A DNA stretch of 64,000 nt from Octopus sinensis. Taxonomy: Eukaryota. The DNA is taken from positions 17,670,001 through 17,734,000 of the forward strand of contig NC_042997.1 of the NCBI RefSeq assembly GCF_006345805.1. Reading direction: 5' to 3'. This document shows, in pieces, positions 51,511-64,000 of the stretch; position 1 is the first letter of the stretch, and each line of letters opens with the position of its first letter. The notes under the pieces were generated by a model, which was given only the letters and a program-made list of their open reading frames with translations, was not told the DNA's origin and did no database searches. The position numbers and the translations under genes are program-made.

Positions 51511-53830
51511 TTAAAAAGAAAGTTTGCCAGATCCTAAATGTCTGAAGGTCAAAACATCGAAGTAAAAAGTCTGTTTTAAAATTGTGTGATGAAAATATTA
51601 GAGATGTTTAAAAAATTTTCAGTAGAACATTTGTTCTTCTGTGACAACATGTAGTGAAACTGAATATATCATAATCAAATTCAAATTGATTTCTAAGAAG
51701 AAAAAAAACAAAACAAACCAAAAAGACAAACATATTGAATTTATACAAGTGCTCTTTTATGGACAACACTGATAAAGTTCAAAGATCATTTTTAGGAAAT
51801 ATAAACATAATTATGATTATTTATTTGACAAGTTTTGGAAGAGACAGACTGTTGAAAAAAAATCTAAAATAAAAGATCTTAAAAGGTGATACATGATTCA
51901 ACTGTTGTGAAACATTTACATATTCAAGAAAGCCAAGCTATTTTTTTTACATAGCTTATTATAACCTTATTGTTGCTCTCATTTTAAATTAAGCCACTTA
52001 ATTAAGCTATCTTTCAGGACCTTTCCTGAAAGATTACTCTCAAGAAAAAGTCAGTGTGTATTATACACAACATACTTTTTGGGCATTTCTTCACTCCAAT
52101 ATAGTGGTGTACATTATACATAAGTGGGCATTAAAAACAAATAAGCACGATAATTGAAATAGATCAACAGTCATCTGGTGGTCATTTTGGACATATAAGG
52201 CAAAACTCAAAAGATTTTTTTCCCTATTGACTCTTGCCATTAGTAGCCATGAGTTAACAGTTTTACTCCAGACTCTCTTAGCTCTTGGCCTTTTGCTCTT
52301 TGGTTTGCTTTGGCAAAACACATGATTGTCTCTCACTTTTGGCTTCAGCCCCGACAGAACAGATTGACCTGCTGTTCACCTTTCATAGACATTAAAAATG
52401 CAACACAACAGAAAAGCTTTTCCTTTCAGCTATTTCAAACTACAAGACAAATTAAGATGAATAAGACATCATTTGGCAATGTCAGTTTCTTCCAGTTTGA
52501 AAAGATGTGCTAACTTAGTCTTTTTCTTCTGTGCAATGATCTGCAAGCAAACACGCAGCATTCATATGAAATATTAACTGAATGTCATTCACTTATAGTT
52601 ATTATTTTACAATTTTGAGCAACTCTCATAGGCCTAGTCTAAATACATGTTCTTATGGAATGAAATACAAAATTGCCTTACCTTTTTCCACCTGGTCAAT
52701 TTTGATGACACTTTCTGCACCACAAAAATTATTCAGTTGACTTTGTATGTAGTTTTTCTATGTAAACGTTCTTTGATTGATGCTATAAATTAAAATCTTC
52801 ATATTCCATGTTTGAATTACTGTTCTATTTCAAAACTGTACCCATCCACCCATTCTCTAGCAATATTGAATTAGTGTACCAATAAAACTGGGAAAAAAAT
52901 TATCTATCTTTTGCTGGAATAGAGAAAATAAATGAAAAATTATATTTAATCTACTACTGTTGTTATCTCTGCAAACATTTCTTTAATTTTCTACAGATAC
53001 ATAAAATTAACATTTAGAAATATTACCTTGTCAATCTTTTGGGAAAGTTACAGGATATCAAATGTGCTAACAAATTCATACTGGCAAGATGAATGTTTTA
53101 ATATGGAGACCTGTCAAAAGATGGTGGTACTAATAGATGATTAAGTTACATAATTCTCCTTGCTATAAATTACTAGTACTCAATTCAGTTAATTATATTA
53201 AAGGAGCTAATTTTGTTTGCTTAATTTGCTATATGTAACAAAAGAAAGATGAATATTTTAAAGAATTTAATCTTAAATTAAATGTGCCAGAAATGAAGAC
53301 CTGATAGTTGTAGCCAGAAAACTGGTCAAATAAAAGTTAGACATACAGAAACCTGTATGTAGAAAAAATCTGAAAGTGATGACTGCATAAAACTGACAAT
53401 AAATCACCAGACAGATAAGAGTACTGCAGCAAAACATTCACATGCACATTAAAAGACAATACAAAGCACTAAATCTCAAATAATCTAATCTCAAATTACA
53501 ATTAAATCAGAAGTATCACTATTACCTTCCTTCTCATGAGTTTAACTCCTCACAAAACATAGCCAATATATGAAAATGTACACCAACAAACAAAATAGCA
53601 AATGTACCCATGTAAACATAAATCAACAAATCTAAACTTACTGAAATACAACACTAATGGCCTAACATACTTAATGGAATTACCAACATCATTACACAAA
53701 ATATCTGTGGACATAATGCTGGGAATAATGCTGCAACTGCAACACAAATCCCCTCAAATTCCTTAAGGCATGATAGGAAAAAAGCCATAGTGAAGGTCTC
53801 TTAATATATAATAAAAAGCATGCATTCAAT

Positions 53831-53884
<54 letters not shown>

Positions 53885-54149
53885 TGAACAACATTCAAAA
53901 TGAGAGCCATCAATACCAAAAATATCAACATTCCACATACAACGCATTACTGGTTCCCTTTAAAAGTTGTATACTCCTCTAACTAGAACACAGCAGCATA
54001 CTCTAAATGCCATCAGTTAGGAAGGTTTCAATATTCACAGCATACCTTGGCATAAAAATAATGCAAATAATAACGTTTAAAGAGATAGAAAGCTAAACAA
54101 TGCAAAATGGACAGCAAGATGAGGTAATAGAAATTAAAAGTAAATTACC

Positions 54150-55115
54150 TGGTAATCTTTGTTTTGTTTTTTCTTATTGTTGTTGCTGTTGTACTTTTAT
54201 CTGTCCAATATTTTAAGACCTAACAGTCCCTTCATCAGGGTTTAAGGAACTTTCATTGGATAATGTTTTATTTTTCCCTCTTTGGGATAACATTTTGATT
54301 AAAATTTTTTCTTAGGTCGTTTTCAAGCATTTTTGATGGTTATTTTGCTTTCCATGTGAATGATGTCAATTGCTAATATAGTATTTTGTGAAATCAATTT
54401 TTTCTTTTGTATGAGATGTTTAGTTTGTGTGCCTGTGGGTGTGTCCTTTCTGTCAAGTATTATGTGCTGAGTTCTAATCTATTATTTATTTGTGGGCTGA
54501 GTCTATGTATGAGCAAGGTTTCCTTAATTCTTAAGTTCCCCATATTTCTATCATTGGCTTTAATGATAATGATATGTTGGTCAATGTTTCTAAATTTGTC
54601 AATGAGTCTTTTGAATGAGGATGCGCATGTGTTGAGGTGTTCTTTAATGTAAGTGTGGCGTGTTCAAGTTTTGCTACCAATGTAGATCTTCTTACATTTG
54701 TTGCATTCAATCCAGTATACTACATGTATCCGCTGGCACATACCTGTATCATGGATAAGGCAATTAGTCAGTGAGCATTGATTGTTGTTTCTGGATTGCT
54801 TTTTAGATAGGTATCAATGCAGAAAAGAGCTGGAGTGTACTAACTGTATGTCCACTCCTTCTTTGTGGATAGCCCTACGGATAGCTATGGTTATTTTATA
54901 AAGCAGATGTTAGCAGAGGTCCTATGCCTGTGGCACCTTCGATTCTTCAGTTGATTCATTGTGGATGTTGGGTATCCATTTATCTTCAGTACATCTATGA
55001 AGTATGCAGTGTGTATGATTTGGTCTTCTGTCTTGCTACATTTATTCCAGATATGTGTAAGTTCATTTCTTATGTATCGAGTTTTAGAACCAAATAATAT
55101 TGCTTGGCCATCACC
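54150..55115 (-). mobile_element. 5'-truncated Penelope/Poseidon-type element (linker + GIY-YIG + tail)
   Basis: VLKINGYP..QCSLTNCLIHDTGMCQRIHVVYWIECNKCKKIYIGSKT*TRHTYIKEH..LRIKETLLIHRLSPQIN. Confidence 0.88.
54203..54243 (-). ncRNA. Degenerate hammerhead motif in the PLE tail
   Basis: cc-CTGATGA-ag-ggac-tgttag-gtct-t-AAAA(for GAAA)-tat-t-gg, located where PLE HHRs are expected. Confidence 0.45.
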
Positions 55116-55269
55116 CAAAAGTGAGTTTTAGCTGGTAGCTTGTACCACACTGTCAGAAAGAGTTTTAGGTGCCTATGTTGTTGCAAGCAGACATAGATCC
55201 CATCTTGACCCTTGCACTCTTAACCAGTAGAGTACTGAACATGACTGCCAATGGGAGAGAAAAAGATGT

Positions 55270-55430
55270 CTCACCATTAGACTGGTACTCATTTACGGCA
55301 GAGCAGATGGAACAAAGTGAAATGAAGCATTTTGCTCAAGGACACAATGTGCAGCTTGATGCAGAAATTAGATCCATGGTTTGTTGAGTATGAGCTCAAC
55401 ATTGTAACCACTAAATTACATGCCTTCATG
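55270..55430 (-). mobile_element. SINE fragment (third type)
   Basis: ggaacaaagtgaaatgaagcattttgctcaaggacacaatg..taaccactaa; tRNA-like head on the minus strand. Confidence 0.5.
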
Positions 55431-56311
55431 ACAGATAGATATAAGAGGTATTATAATAGTGTCAAAACTAAACTTCCTTTATATTACTAAACAGCTCATA
55501 CTAACATATTATCTTTACTTGTAAATTTTAATAGCTCCTCTTCAGATATCACTTTATGTTGTAGTAACTAAACAACAAAATAACAGAGAATATAAACCAA
55601 TGAAAAGTGGGAAACTATCAAATATTTGTATCTCACATGCACACAAAATGAGATCACTATAGAAAGTAAATTGAAAAAAAAAAAAAAATTTTTCTATCAC
55701 CATAATAATAATGATAATAACTTTAATGATCATAGCAATAGCAAACAAACTCCTTTATCAAATACTTGCTTGAAAAATGTTCTCAAAACTAAAGCAACTA
55801 GGGCACAGACCACAACTGCTTCTTTCCATTAAACACAATAAAAACAATAGGACAATATTATCTCTCAAATGCTTAAGGGCCCTGAACATGTAGAATATCT
55901 AAAGGCTCAAGGAATTATTGTATCTTTTGAATTATTTGTATCAAATCTCAAATCTTCAGAATCTAGAAACTTGGTAAAATTCTCAGTTTGCTGTGATTTG
56001 TGTATGTCACAAAAGTACCAGTGACAGCATATACATGATCAATAGTTTGGCTTGTATTCCAATATTTTACAAGCTAAGTCATTTCTAACTCACTTCTTAC
56101 TACAAGCATGTCTATCTACTTTCTACCTACCTACATAATCTAATTTATGGACAAATAACTTTACACACAAGAACATTTTACTTTCAAAATGCAAATTTAT
56201 TAAAACAAGCATTTTAAACCAGAATATCCTATAAAAGTAACACCAAAAAGAATATTTTGACATGACAGGAAAGGGCGATCTTAAATAACTCATTTTGTGT
56301 ATTTTTTAAAT

Positions 56312-56516
56312 AATCTTTCCTACTCTAGGCACAAGGCCTGAAATTTTGGGGGAGGGGGCCAGTTGATTAGATCGACTCAGTATGCAACTGGTACTTAATT
56401 TATCGACTCTGAAAGGCAAAGTCGACCTTGGCAGAATTTAAACTCAGAACGTAAACAGCCAGACAAAATACTGCTAGGCATTTCACCTGGTGTGCTAATG
56501 TTTCTGCCAGCTGACC
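56312..56516 (-). mobile_element. tRNA-derived SINE (second family)
   Basis: Minus strand agctggcagaaacattagcac (A box) .. ctgagtttaaattc (B box) .. aagtaccagtt .. ggccttgtgccta; related copies at ~33270-33420 and ~61490-61630. Confidence 0.75.
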
Positions 56517-57678
56517 AATTGTGTTTTGTAAATAATAAAATACAAATAAATTCAGTCTAGTAATGATGTAGAGGAAGTAGCATACATAACATAATTGTTC
56601 ATAGGTTGCATTTTTTAATATTTTGCTGGTGTGTGTGTATTTTGGTAAAACCTGACTGACATGTTACAAAAAAGAACATTTAAGAAAATAAATGAAATTT
56701 TAAAATGGTGAAATAGAAAGTATCTAAAAATATATCTGTAAACATCAAATTGTTTATTGTTTTGCTCTGGTACTGATTTCGGTTTTAGGCTGTGGTCAAG
56801 CTATTACATTTCCATGTGAGAGAAACCAATGAAGTAGCCTAAATGTTGTCATTCACTCTTTAGGGAATAATAACCGAATCTCATTTAAATAACAACTTAG
56901 TGTCCTTGAAAAGACCTGTTGAATAATGTAGCCCTGGGCTTTTATTACATAGGAAAAAGATGAGATAGTCATGGCTGGAATGCCCTTGAATATAAAGTCT
57001 GTTCAATAAGGATTTTATCAGAGCTAAATAACAACAGCCACATGAAAGATAGTCTGAATCCTGAAAAAATTGTAATACTGCTAACCTATAACTCATCATT
57101 TTGTTCTGCATATCTGTTTAATATCTGTGGTCTTTAATAGAATCCTTATTAGATATTAAGCTTATAAGAGCAGATAAATACACTTTGATCTCAATCAAAT
57201 TACTGAGAAGCAATATTTAATACGAATTTGAAAGGAATAACGTTGAATAGAAGAGAGGCACAGAATAAGGAAAATAACAACACAAAATCAACACCACAGA
57301 AATAACAAGGAAAACAATAATATAGTGCCAGCTGTTTGTGTAACTGATTATAATAATAAAAAGAAGAAAAAAAACCAATGTTCACTGGAAGTTAGTGAGG
57401 TACTGTTGGTGGCAGTAATGATTGTGATGATGACAATGGGAATAATAATAAGGAGAAGATAGAGGAATATGACTAAATATGATGACCTTCACATCAGAGA
57501 GAAGGAGAATGATGGCAACCTATCTAAGCTGAAAGCATTTTAATTTTTCCTTGCAGAATATACCTACAGCTGAATGTGTGGACTACATTCTAAGAGCAAG
57601 CAATGTGCTAAGAGTACTCAGTTGTACATACATACATACATACATACATACATACATACATACATACACACATGCACG

Positions 57679-57743
<65 letters not shown>

Positions 57744-57789
57744 GTTTGTGTATGTATCTATGTATGTACGCATGCATGTATATATTTTT

Positions 57790-58582
57790 CATATTCTTTT
57801 ACTTGTTTCAGTCATTTGACTGTGATCATGCTGGAGTACCACCTGAAGGGAATTTTAGTTGAACATATTGGCCCCAGGACTTATTCTCTGTAAGACTAGT
57901 ACTTATTCTATCGGTCTGTTTTGCCAAACTGCTAAATTATGGGGACGTAAACACACCAAGATCTGATGCCAAGTTATGATGATCATCATCATCATCTTCT
58001 TTTAACATCTGTTTCCATGTTGGCATGTGTTGGACACTTTACTGAAAACTGGTAAGCTGGGGAGCTGCACCAGGTTCCAACCTGATTTGGTATGAATGGA
58101 TGCTCTTCCTAATGTCAGCCACTCCAAAAGTGTAGTGCATGCCTTTTACATGCCACTGGCATGGTTTCCAATTATGTAGCACCAGCATCGGCCATGACTA
58201 TGATCTCATTTGGCTTGATAGGTCTTCTCAAGTAAGGTATATCACCAAAGGTCTTGATCACTTGTCACTGCCTCTGTGAGGCCCAACGTTTGAATGATAC
58301 TTTTTATGTGTCACCAGCATGGGTGCTAGCTATCTGACACTGGCCTCAGCCATGACTACGATTATGATTTCAAGTATATACAAATATATACATGTATGTG
58401 TGTGTGTGTGTATATAAATGATGGACTTCTTTCAGTTTCTGCCTACCAAATCTACACACAAGGCTTTGCTTGGCCTTAGGCTACAGTAGAAGATAGTTGC
58501 CCAAGGTGTCATGCTGTGGGACTGAACCTGGAAAACCATGTGGCTGGAAAGCAAGCTTCTTACCACACAGTCACATCTCCAT
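57790..58582 (-). mobile_element. SINE interrupted by an RTE 3' fragment (57980-58370, minus)
   Basis: Tail ttacttgtttcagtcatttgactg; insert catcatcttctttaacatctgtttccatgttggcatg; head cccaaggtgtcatgctgtgggactgaacc. Confidence 0.82.
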
Positions 58583-58606
58583 CTATATATGTATATATAT
58601 ATATCT

Positions 58607-58661
<55 letters not shown>

Positions 58662-58669
58662 CATTTTTA

Positions 58670-58945
58670 TGAGCATGGCTACCTAACTGGCTTCCATGCC
58701 GTTGGAATGTAAAAAGCACCATTCAAATGTGGTCAATGCTAGTATCACCTGATTGGTCCACATGCCGGTGGCATGTAAAAAGCACCCATTACACTCTTGG
58801 AGTGGTTGGTGTTAGGAAGGGCATCCAGCTATAGAAACCTTTCCAGATCAGATTGGATCCTGGTATGGCCTCCTAGCTTGCCAGTCCTCAGTCAAATCAT
58901 CCAACCCAAGCCAGCATGGAAAGCGGACGTTAAATGATGATGATG
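58670..58945 (+). mobile_element. RTE 3'-end fragment (2 minisatellite units)
   Basis: gtaaaaagcacc x2; ccagcatggaaagcggacgttaaatgatgatgat. Confidence 0.88.
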
Positions 58946-59655
58946 TGTGTGTGTGCATGCATGTATGTATGTATGCATGTATGTATGTATGCATGCATGT
59001 ATGTATGCATGTATGTATGTATGCATGTATGTATGTGCTTGTGTATATAGAGAGATAAATATTGATCTAGAAATGGATATACAGTGATACAGATATAGAT
59101 ACAGGTATAGAAAAATATATACATACATGCAAAATGAGCAACACAGACATGAAAATTGGATCAATACACCATCAGCTGCATAGCCACATATTTAAGCTTA
59201 CAACCAAGCACAAACTGGACATCAGCAAAAGAAGTAGTAAACATTGTCTCAGAGTGGAGGCAGATGATGCAAGGGTTGGTGTGGGTTAAATAGAAAGCTG
59301 AAGATTCTATGGCTGTTAATACTGTGTAAATGTGATGAAAGAAGAGGTGGTCGCTGCTGAAAATGACATCAGTGTTTATGAAGAGTTTACCTAATAGTAA
59401 TAATGCAAAAGATAATGCTACTGCTGATGATGCTGATGAGGAGGGTGGTGGTGGTGGTGGTAGTGGTGGTGATTGTAGTAGAGGTGTTGATAATGGGATT
59501 GGTTTCATAGTTCTAATAGTAGTCGTGGTAGCCTAACATCTGTTGCATCTACAATGGAATTATACTTCCAGATTATGTCTTTGATATCAACTGGAATCCA
59601 AGATTGCAAAACAGCAACCCTGCTGAGAATATTTTAGTATGATCACAGCTCAGTA

Positions 59656-59658
59656 TTT

Positions 59659-59756
<98 letters not shown>

Positions 59757-59777
59757 TTTCTTTCTTTCTTTCTTTCT
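59656..59777. repeat. (TTTC)n microsatellite
   Basis: Direct reading. Confidence 0.97.
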
Positions 59778-59899
59778 CCTTTGCGAGGTGGTAAGTTCAA
59801 ATAAAGAAATACCCAATATCCTGTTCTCTAAGAATCAATAATTTGTTATTCTTCTCCCTTAAGATCATCCACTATTACCATCACTAGCCCTCATATTAC

Positions 59900-60630
59900 C
59901 TTCTGGAAATAGCAGCTAAATGTTCCTTTAATGATAGCCAACACTATCTTAAAAAGGAAAGGGTACATTGCACAATGTAATCTTAGAATATATGTAATGC
60001 CTAACAGAAGAATGGGATAGTCATGGTTGGAATGCCTTTGATCATAGATTTGGTTGGAGTTAAACAAGGGCTACAACATTACATTGGTTCCATAGTTAAA
60101 AGACACCCTTAGATCCATCAAACTTTTACAATACTTCACATATCATTTTGATTCGAAGTTCAGTGAGCTTAAGAAGAAGCCTCTACACAGCCACTCTCCC
60201 TGCTAGAAATAGTAATTAAATCTCCTTAAACCATATCCTATAATTTTAACATGTTAACCACCACTGTTACTGGAACTTCTCAGTGTTACCATGTAATATC
60301 TAGTCACACAGCATACTGTTTAATTGCAAGGAAATGTTATTTTTTTGTATTTTTACAATATTTCATAATTAAACTTTAATATAGAGCACTCAACTTATTT
60401 AAATCTCCTCAAACAGAGTAAAACATTTTCTCCAATTATGAAAATGTACCACTGGTGGTGCATATGGCACTTGTGTGAAATTTGCAATGAAGCACTGGTG
60501 ATACATGTGGTGATTAACATGCTTAAAATGAAAGAACACAGGCAATGGTGGGATGGTTGTGGCTGGAACATCTTTGACCTTATAAGTCTGCTTGAATAGA
60601 GCTTATCTGGGGTTAAGCATCAACATCTAC
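59900..60630 (+). repeat. Cluster of fragments of an unclassified interspersed repeat
   Basis: Shared motifs gaagcctctaca, gaaatagcagc, cttaaaaa and gatagtcatggctggaatgcc(t)ttga; also at ~23700-23900, ~56820-57040, ~47230-47300, and reversed at ~41590-41770 and ~39000-39220. Confidence 0.55.
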
Positions 60631-60734
60631 AAAACTTACAATTCAGTGTTTACCTTGTATCTTAGTTAGCAAGGATTATCTCATTTTTTATAATGTGATC
60701 TGCTACCCTGGTATTTAATTCCCAAATTTTTGTT

Positions 60735-60960
60735 ATTCTTTTATTCTTTTACTCTCTTACTCGTTTCAGTCATTTAACTTCAGCTATGCTGGAGTACCAC
60801 CTTAAAAGGTGTTAGTCGAAGAACTCGACCCCTAGTACTTATTCTATTTGCTTCTTTTGCTGAACCACTAAGTTATGGGGACATAAACAGACCAGCATCA
60901 ATTGTCAAGCGATGGCCGGGGGACAAACACAGACACACGAATACATACACACACATGCAT

Positions 60961-60997
<37 letters not shown>

Positions 60998-61145
60998 TCT
61001 ATGTATGCATATACAACGGGCTTCTTCCAGTTTCTGTCTACCAAACTCCTCATGAGGCTTTGGTCAGCACGAGGCTATAGTAGAAGACACTTAACCAAGG
61101 TGCCATGCAGAGGGACTGAACCCAGAACCTTGTAGTTGGGAAGAA
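60735..61145 (-). mobile_element. tRNA-derived SINE
   Basis: Same head, body and tail as 32300-32648. Confidence 0.85.
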
Positions 61146-62049
61146 AGCATGATGTTGTGACTCTGCCGAAGGTTGTTTCTGTGAGATCTCTTCATGGAAT
61201 TTCTGTGGGATTTTTCACGGAAGCAAGGCATTTATTTGTAAGATCTCAAGGTTGTCTGACAACTAAAGGCTGATTAATGAGAATTGAAGTGCAGTATTAT
61301 GAACACATATGGTAAGAAGGAACACATATAGTAAGAAGATACAGCAGAAAGAGTGTTGGAGACATAACCTAACTTTGGTGTATACCAAAATTTATTGCAT
61401 TTTCTTTCTGCATTTTCCTCCCTCTTGTATAGCCTGCATACACAATTTATTGCATAAAATTGGTCTAAAACTTTGTTAGTAAGGCCAGTGCTCAACTGGT
61501 ACTTATTTTATCAATCTTGAAAGAATGAACGGTACAATCGACCTTGGTGGAATTTGAACTCAGAACATAGAAACGGATGAAATATTGCAAAGCATTTTAC
61601 CCAGCATACCAATGATTCTGTCAGTCAGCTCATAGATTTATATTTATTGCATAATATTAACTGTGTTTTATTAATTAAACATTAGCATATTTATAAACCA
61701 ACAGTAAGAAAAATAATTCAAGCAAAATGAGTCCAAATATTGAAGAATTTTTCTACATAAAAACAGTTTCTCAGTTGGAACTCAATTGACTCACACTGCA
61801 AGTGAGAAGTCTGAAAAATGTTAGTTACACCACAGTTATGTCATAAAAAATAAATTTTCTGTCATATCACCTGCAAAACAATTTTGAGAACTTTTTAGTT
61901 GAACAGTTGATCAGAATGGTTTATAACCAGTGATTTGTCTTCAGGAAATCTCATACAGGATGGATTATACCTTCACTTTTCCATGTTTTAAATTTGATTA
62001 TTTTGTCAAAGGTGGAGCAGAATCCATGATCTCTGCAAATCCTTCTGGC

Positions 62050-63350
62050 TGGTAAAGTCAATGTTGTTAAAAGCTTAGCTTGAAGCTTCTTGACAAAATG
62101 TGAGCAGAGGAGAAATTCAGATGGATACAGTTACAGAGGAAAATGATTGCACAAAGTGTTGAATGTGAGATTTGGTGGGAACACAATAGACAAGAGAAGA
62201 GGCAAATACTTTACACTGGTTTGAGTAGAAGTGGTAAACAATTTACAAGTTTAGAGGAGTAGAAATAGTCATAAGAAGCTGTTGAATAGACAGAGATAGA
62301 AAATATATCTATATATTTCTTGTGATGTTTGATGAGTGTTTTAGAATTCGGCAGCTGGTCTATTTTTAGCTCTAGTTTGAGGTGTTTGTAAGAAGCAATA
62401 GGTAACAGCTCTGTTCCAGATATATGGTTAATATATGAGTGTAGGTCACTACTGAACTTCGTGAAAATTCAGCAACTATTCATATATGAAATGTATTTTG
62501 CTAGTGAAATAAAATCCAAGTCTTTGGAAAACAATTTTGGCATTGTGAATGTGCAGTCACTTTAATCATCAGAACATTGTTAGTTGTAAATCTATAAAAG
62601 CCTTTTCATGAGTAGGGGTCATATTTTAAAAAATTGCTTCTTTATTTTATGTACTTTGTTGCTGTCAGATTAGCTGGTTTGTCATTTTCCCTTAGGAAAA
62701 TGCTTCTGATATCTTTGTTCAGATGTAATGTTTTCCTTGTGGGTGATGCCTGGGAGAAAGTGCATAGATTGTCAAAACTTTAAGGTACTCTAGAGGTGAC
62801 AGAAATAGAAATGAGTGGTCCAAGTAGAAACGTCTAATTCTAGAGAAGAGAGACATTTAATACTCCTAAACTGGAAAGATTGTTTGAGGGTTCATGGCTC
62901 TTCTTATGCCAAGCGAAACAGCATTGCTTTCAGTGATGATTTCAAGAGTGAAAAACCATTTGCATGGCATGGAAAAACTAATTGTTGGTAGATCTGGTTC
63001 AACAAAAAGTATAGTAATGGAATGTGAAGACGTTAGCTGATTATTTACAAATATTTGATGTATTGGAAGTAAGGGCAATGGGTTAATAGATGGCAGCCTC
63101 GGAGAGGTTTCTCTTTGAAATGTGACATACCATTGAATATTTCTATAGGTTTCATTAGATCTCTGTAAAGGGTGGAGGTTGAACAGTTTAATAGCAATGG
63201 GTTAGGAATGCACTGTTTCTGAATAATAGTCAGATGAAGATTATGAAGCTTAGCCTATTTATTTAGTTGGAATAATCAAGGCAGTGTTTTTGCACTAAGC
63301 AGCAGTGTATGAAAGAGAAACATGTGGTGCTAAAGTGTAGAATTTAAGGA
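62050..63350 (-). mobile_element. Possible highly decayed CR1/Jockey-group LINE 3' region
   Basis: Faint traces of IFINDL-, YxSHIW- and SFFPxTxxxWNxLP-like motifs in broken frames. Confidence 0.3.
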
Positions 63351-64000
63351 AGATTTTGTTGTGTGAATTGTGATCCAAATGGACAGCAAATATGGTGCCT
63401 TTGTCTAAACTGTGCCACAGACAAATAAATGGATCTTGAAAAACTAGTAGTTATTATTTTGGCTGGAGATGAGAAAACTGGTAGGAATTAGGAAGGTGAG
63501 AAATTCTGCATCCTTTGATTCCATAGTAGTCACACCGAAGACATTACAAAGATAAACAAACTTAACTAAGCTGTTGATGGTTGGTGACTTCATCTAATTG
63601 TTGTAGACTGTATTCTTTATAGCTGCAGTTCAAGAAGGTAGGGACACAGTAAAATTTGTCTAATGTTATGTGTTGCACATGCACAAACTAGGTGGTTGTT
63701 TTGCCTTAGTTGTGCTTCTGCAACACATAACACTAGAATTGTATTTAAAAGTAACAACACACTTCACAGGTTTCTCATTAAGATAAAACTTAGACTGTAA
63801 TAGCTGAAACATAACTGCATTAAATCTCCTATTGGTTTGTGGAAAATCTTATAAAGGAAAAACTAGGAGGTTCTTACATGTCACACTAGAGGAACATTGA
63901 AAAGAACAAATGAAGGGCGAAACATCTAAGCCGGGAATTGCTGGAACATATGATGCAGAAAACAGTCACATACTACAATGGAATGAAATTTCCATAAGCG

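Overview
A very AT-rich, microsatellite-dense eukaryotic window that is intergenic or intronic. The repeat families (RTE LINEs with (GAT)n tails, tRNA-derived SINEs with an internal (TA/CA)n tract) resemble those of octopus/cephalopod genomes; this assignment is inferred from recognition, not from a search. No intact host protein-coding gene was found, and almost all supplied ORFs are translations of simple repeats or decayed transposons. Contents: one long decayed RTE LINE (APE endonuclease plus RT with an embedded PHD-like finger) and many RTE 3' fragments; two Penelope-like element (PLE) GIY-YIG remnants from different clades; five Tc1/mariner remnants; many SINEs; and several long inverted-repeat (foldback) structures. 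The most notable signal is a set of about 8-9 mostly degenerate minimal type-I hammerhead ribozyme (HHR) motifs. They occur in PLE tails, in both arms of a ~1 kb palindrome, and fused downstream of a tRNA-like Pol III head (a candidate ribozyme-carrying SINE). All alignments, translations and folds were done by eye, so boundaries are approximate.
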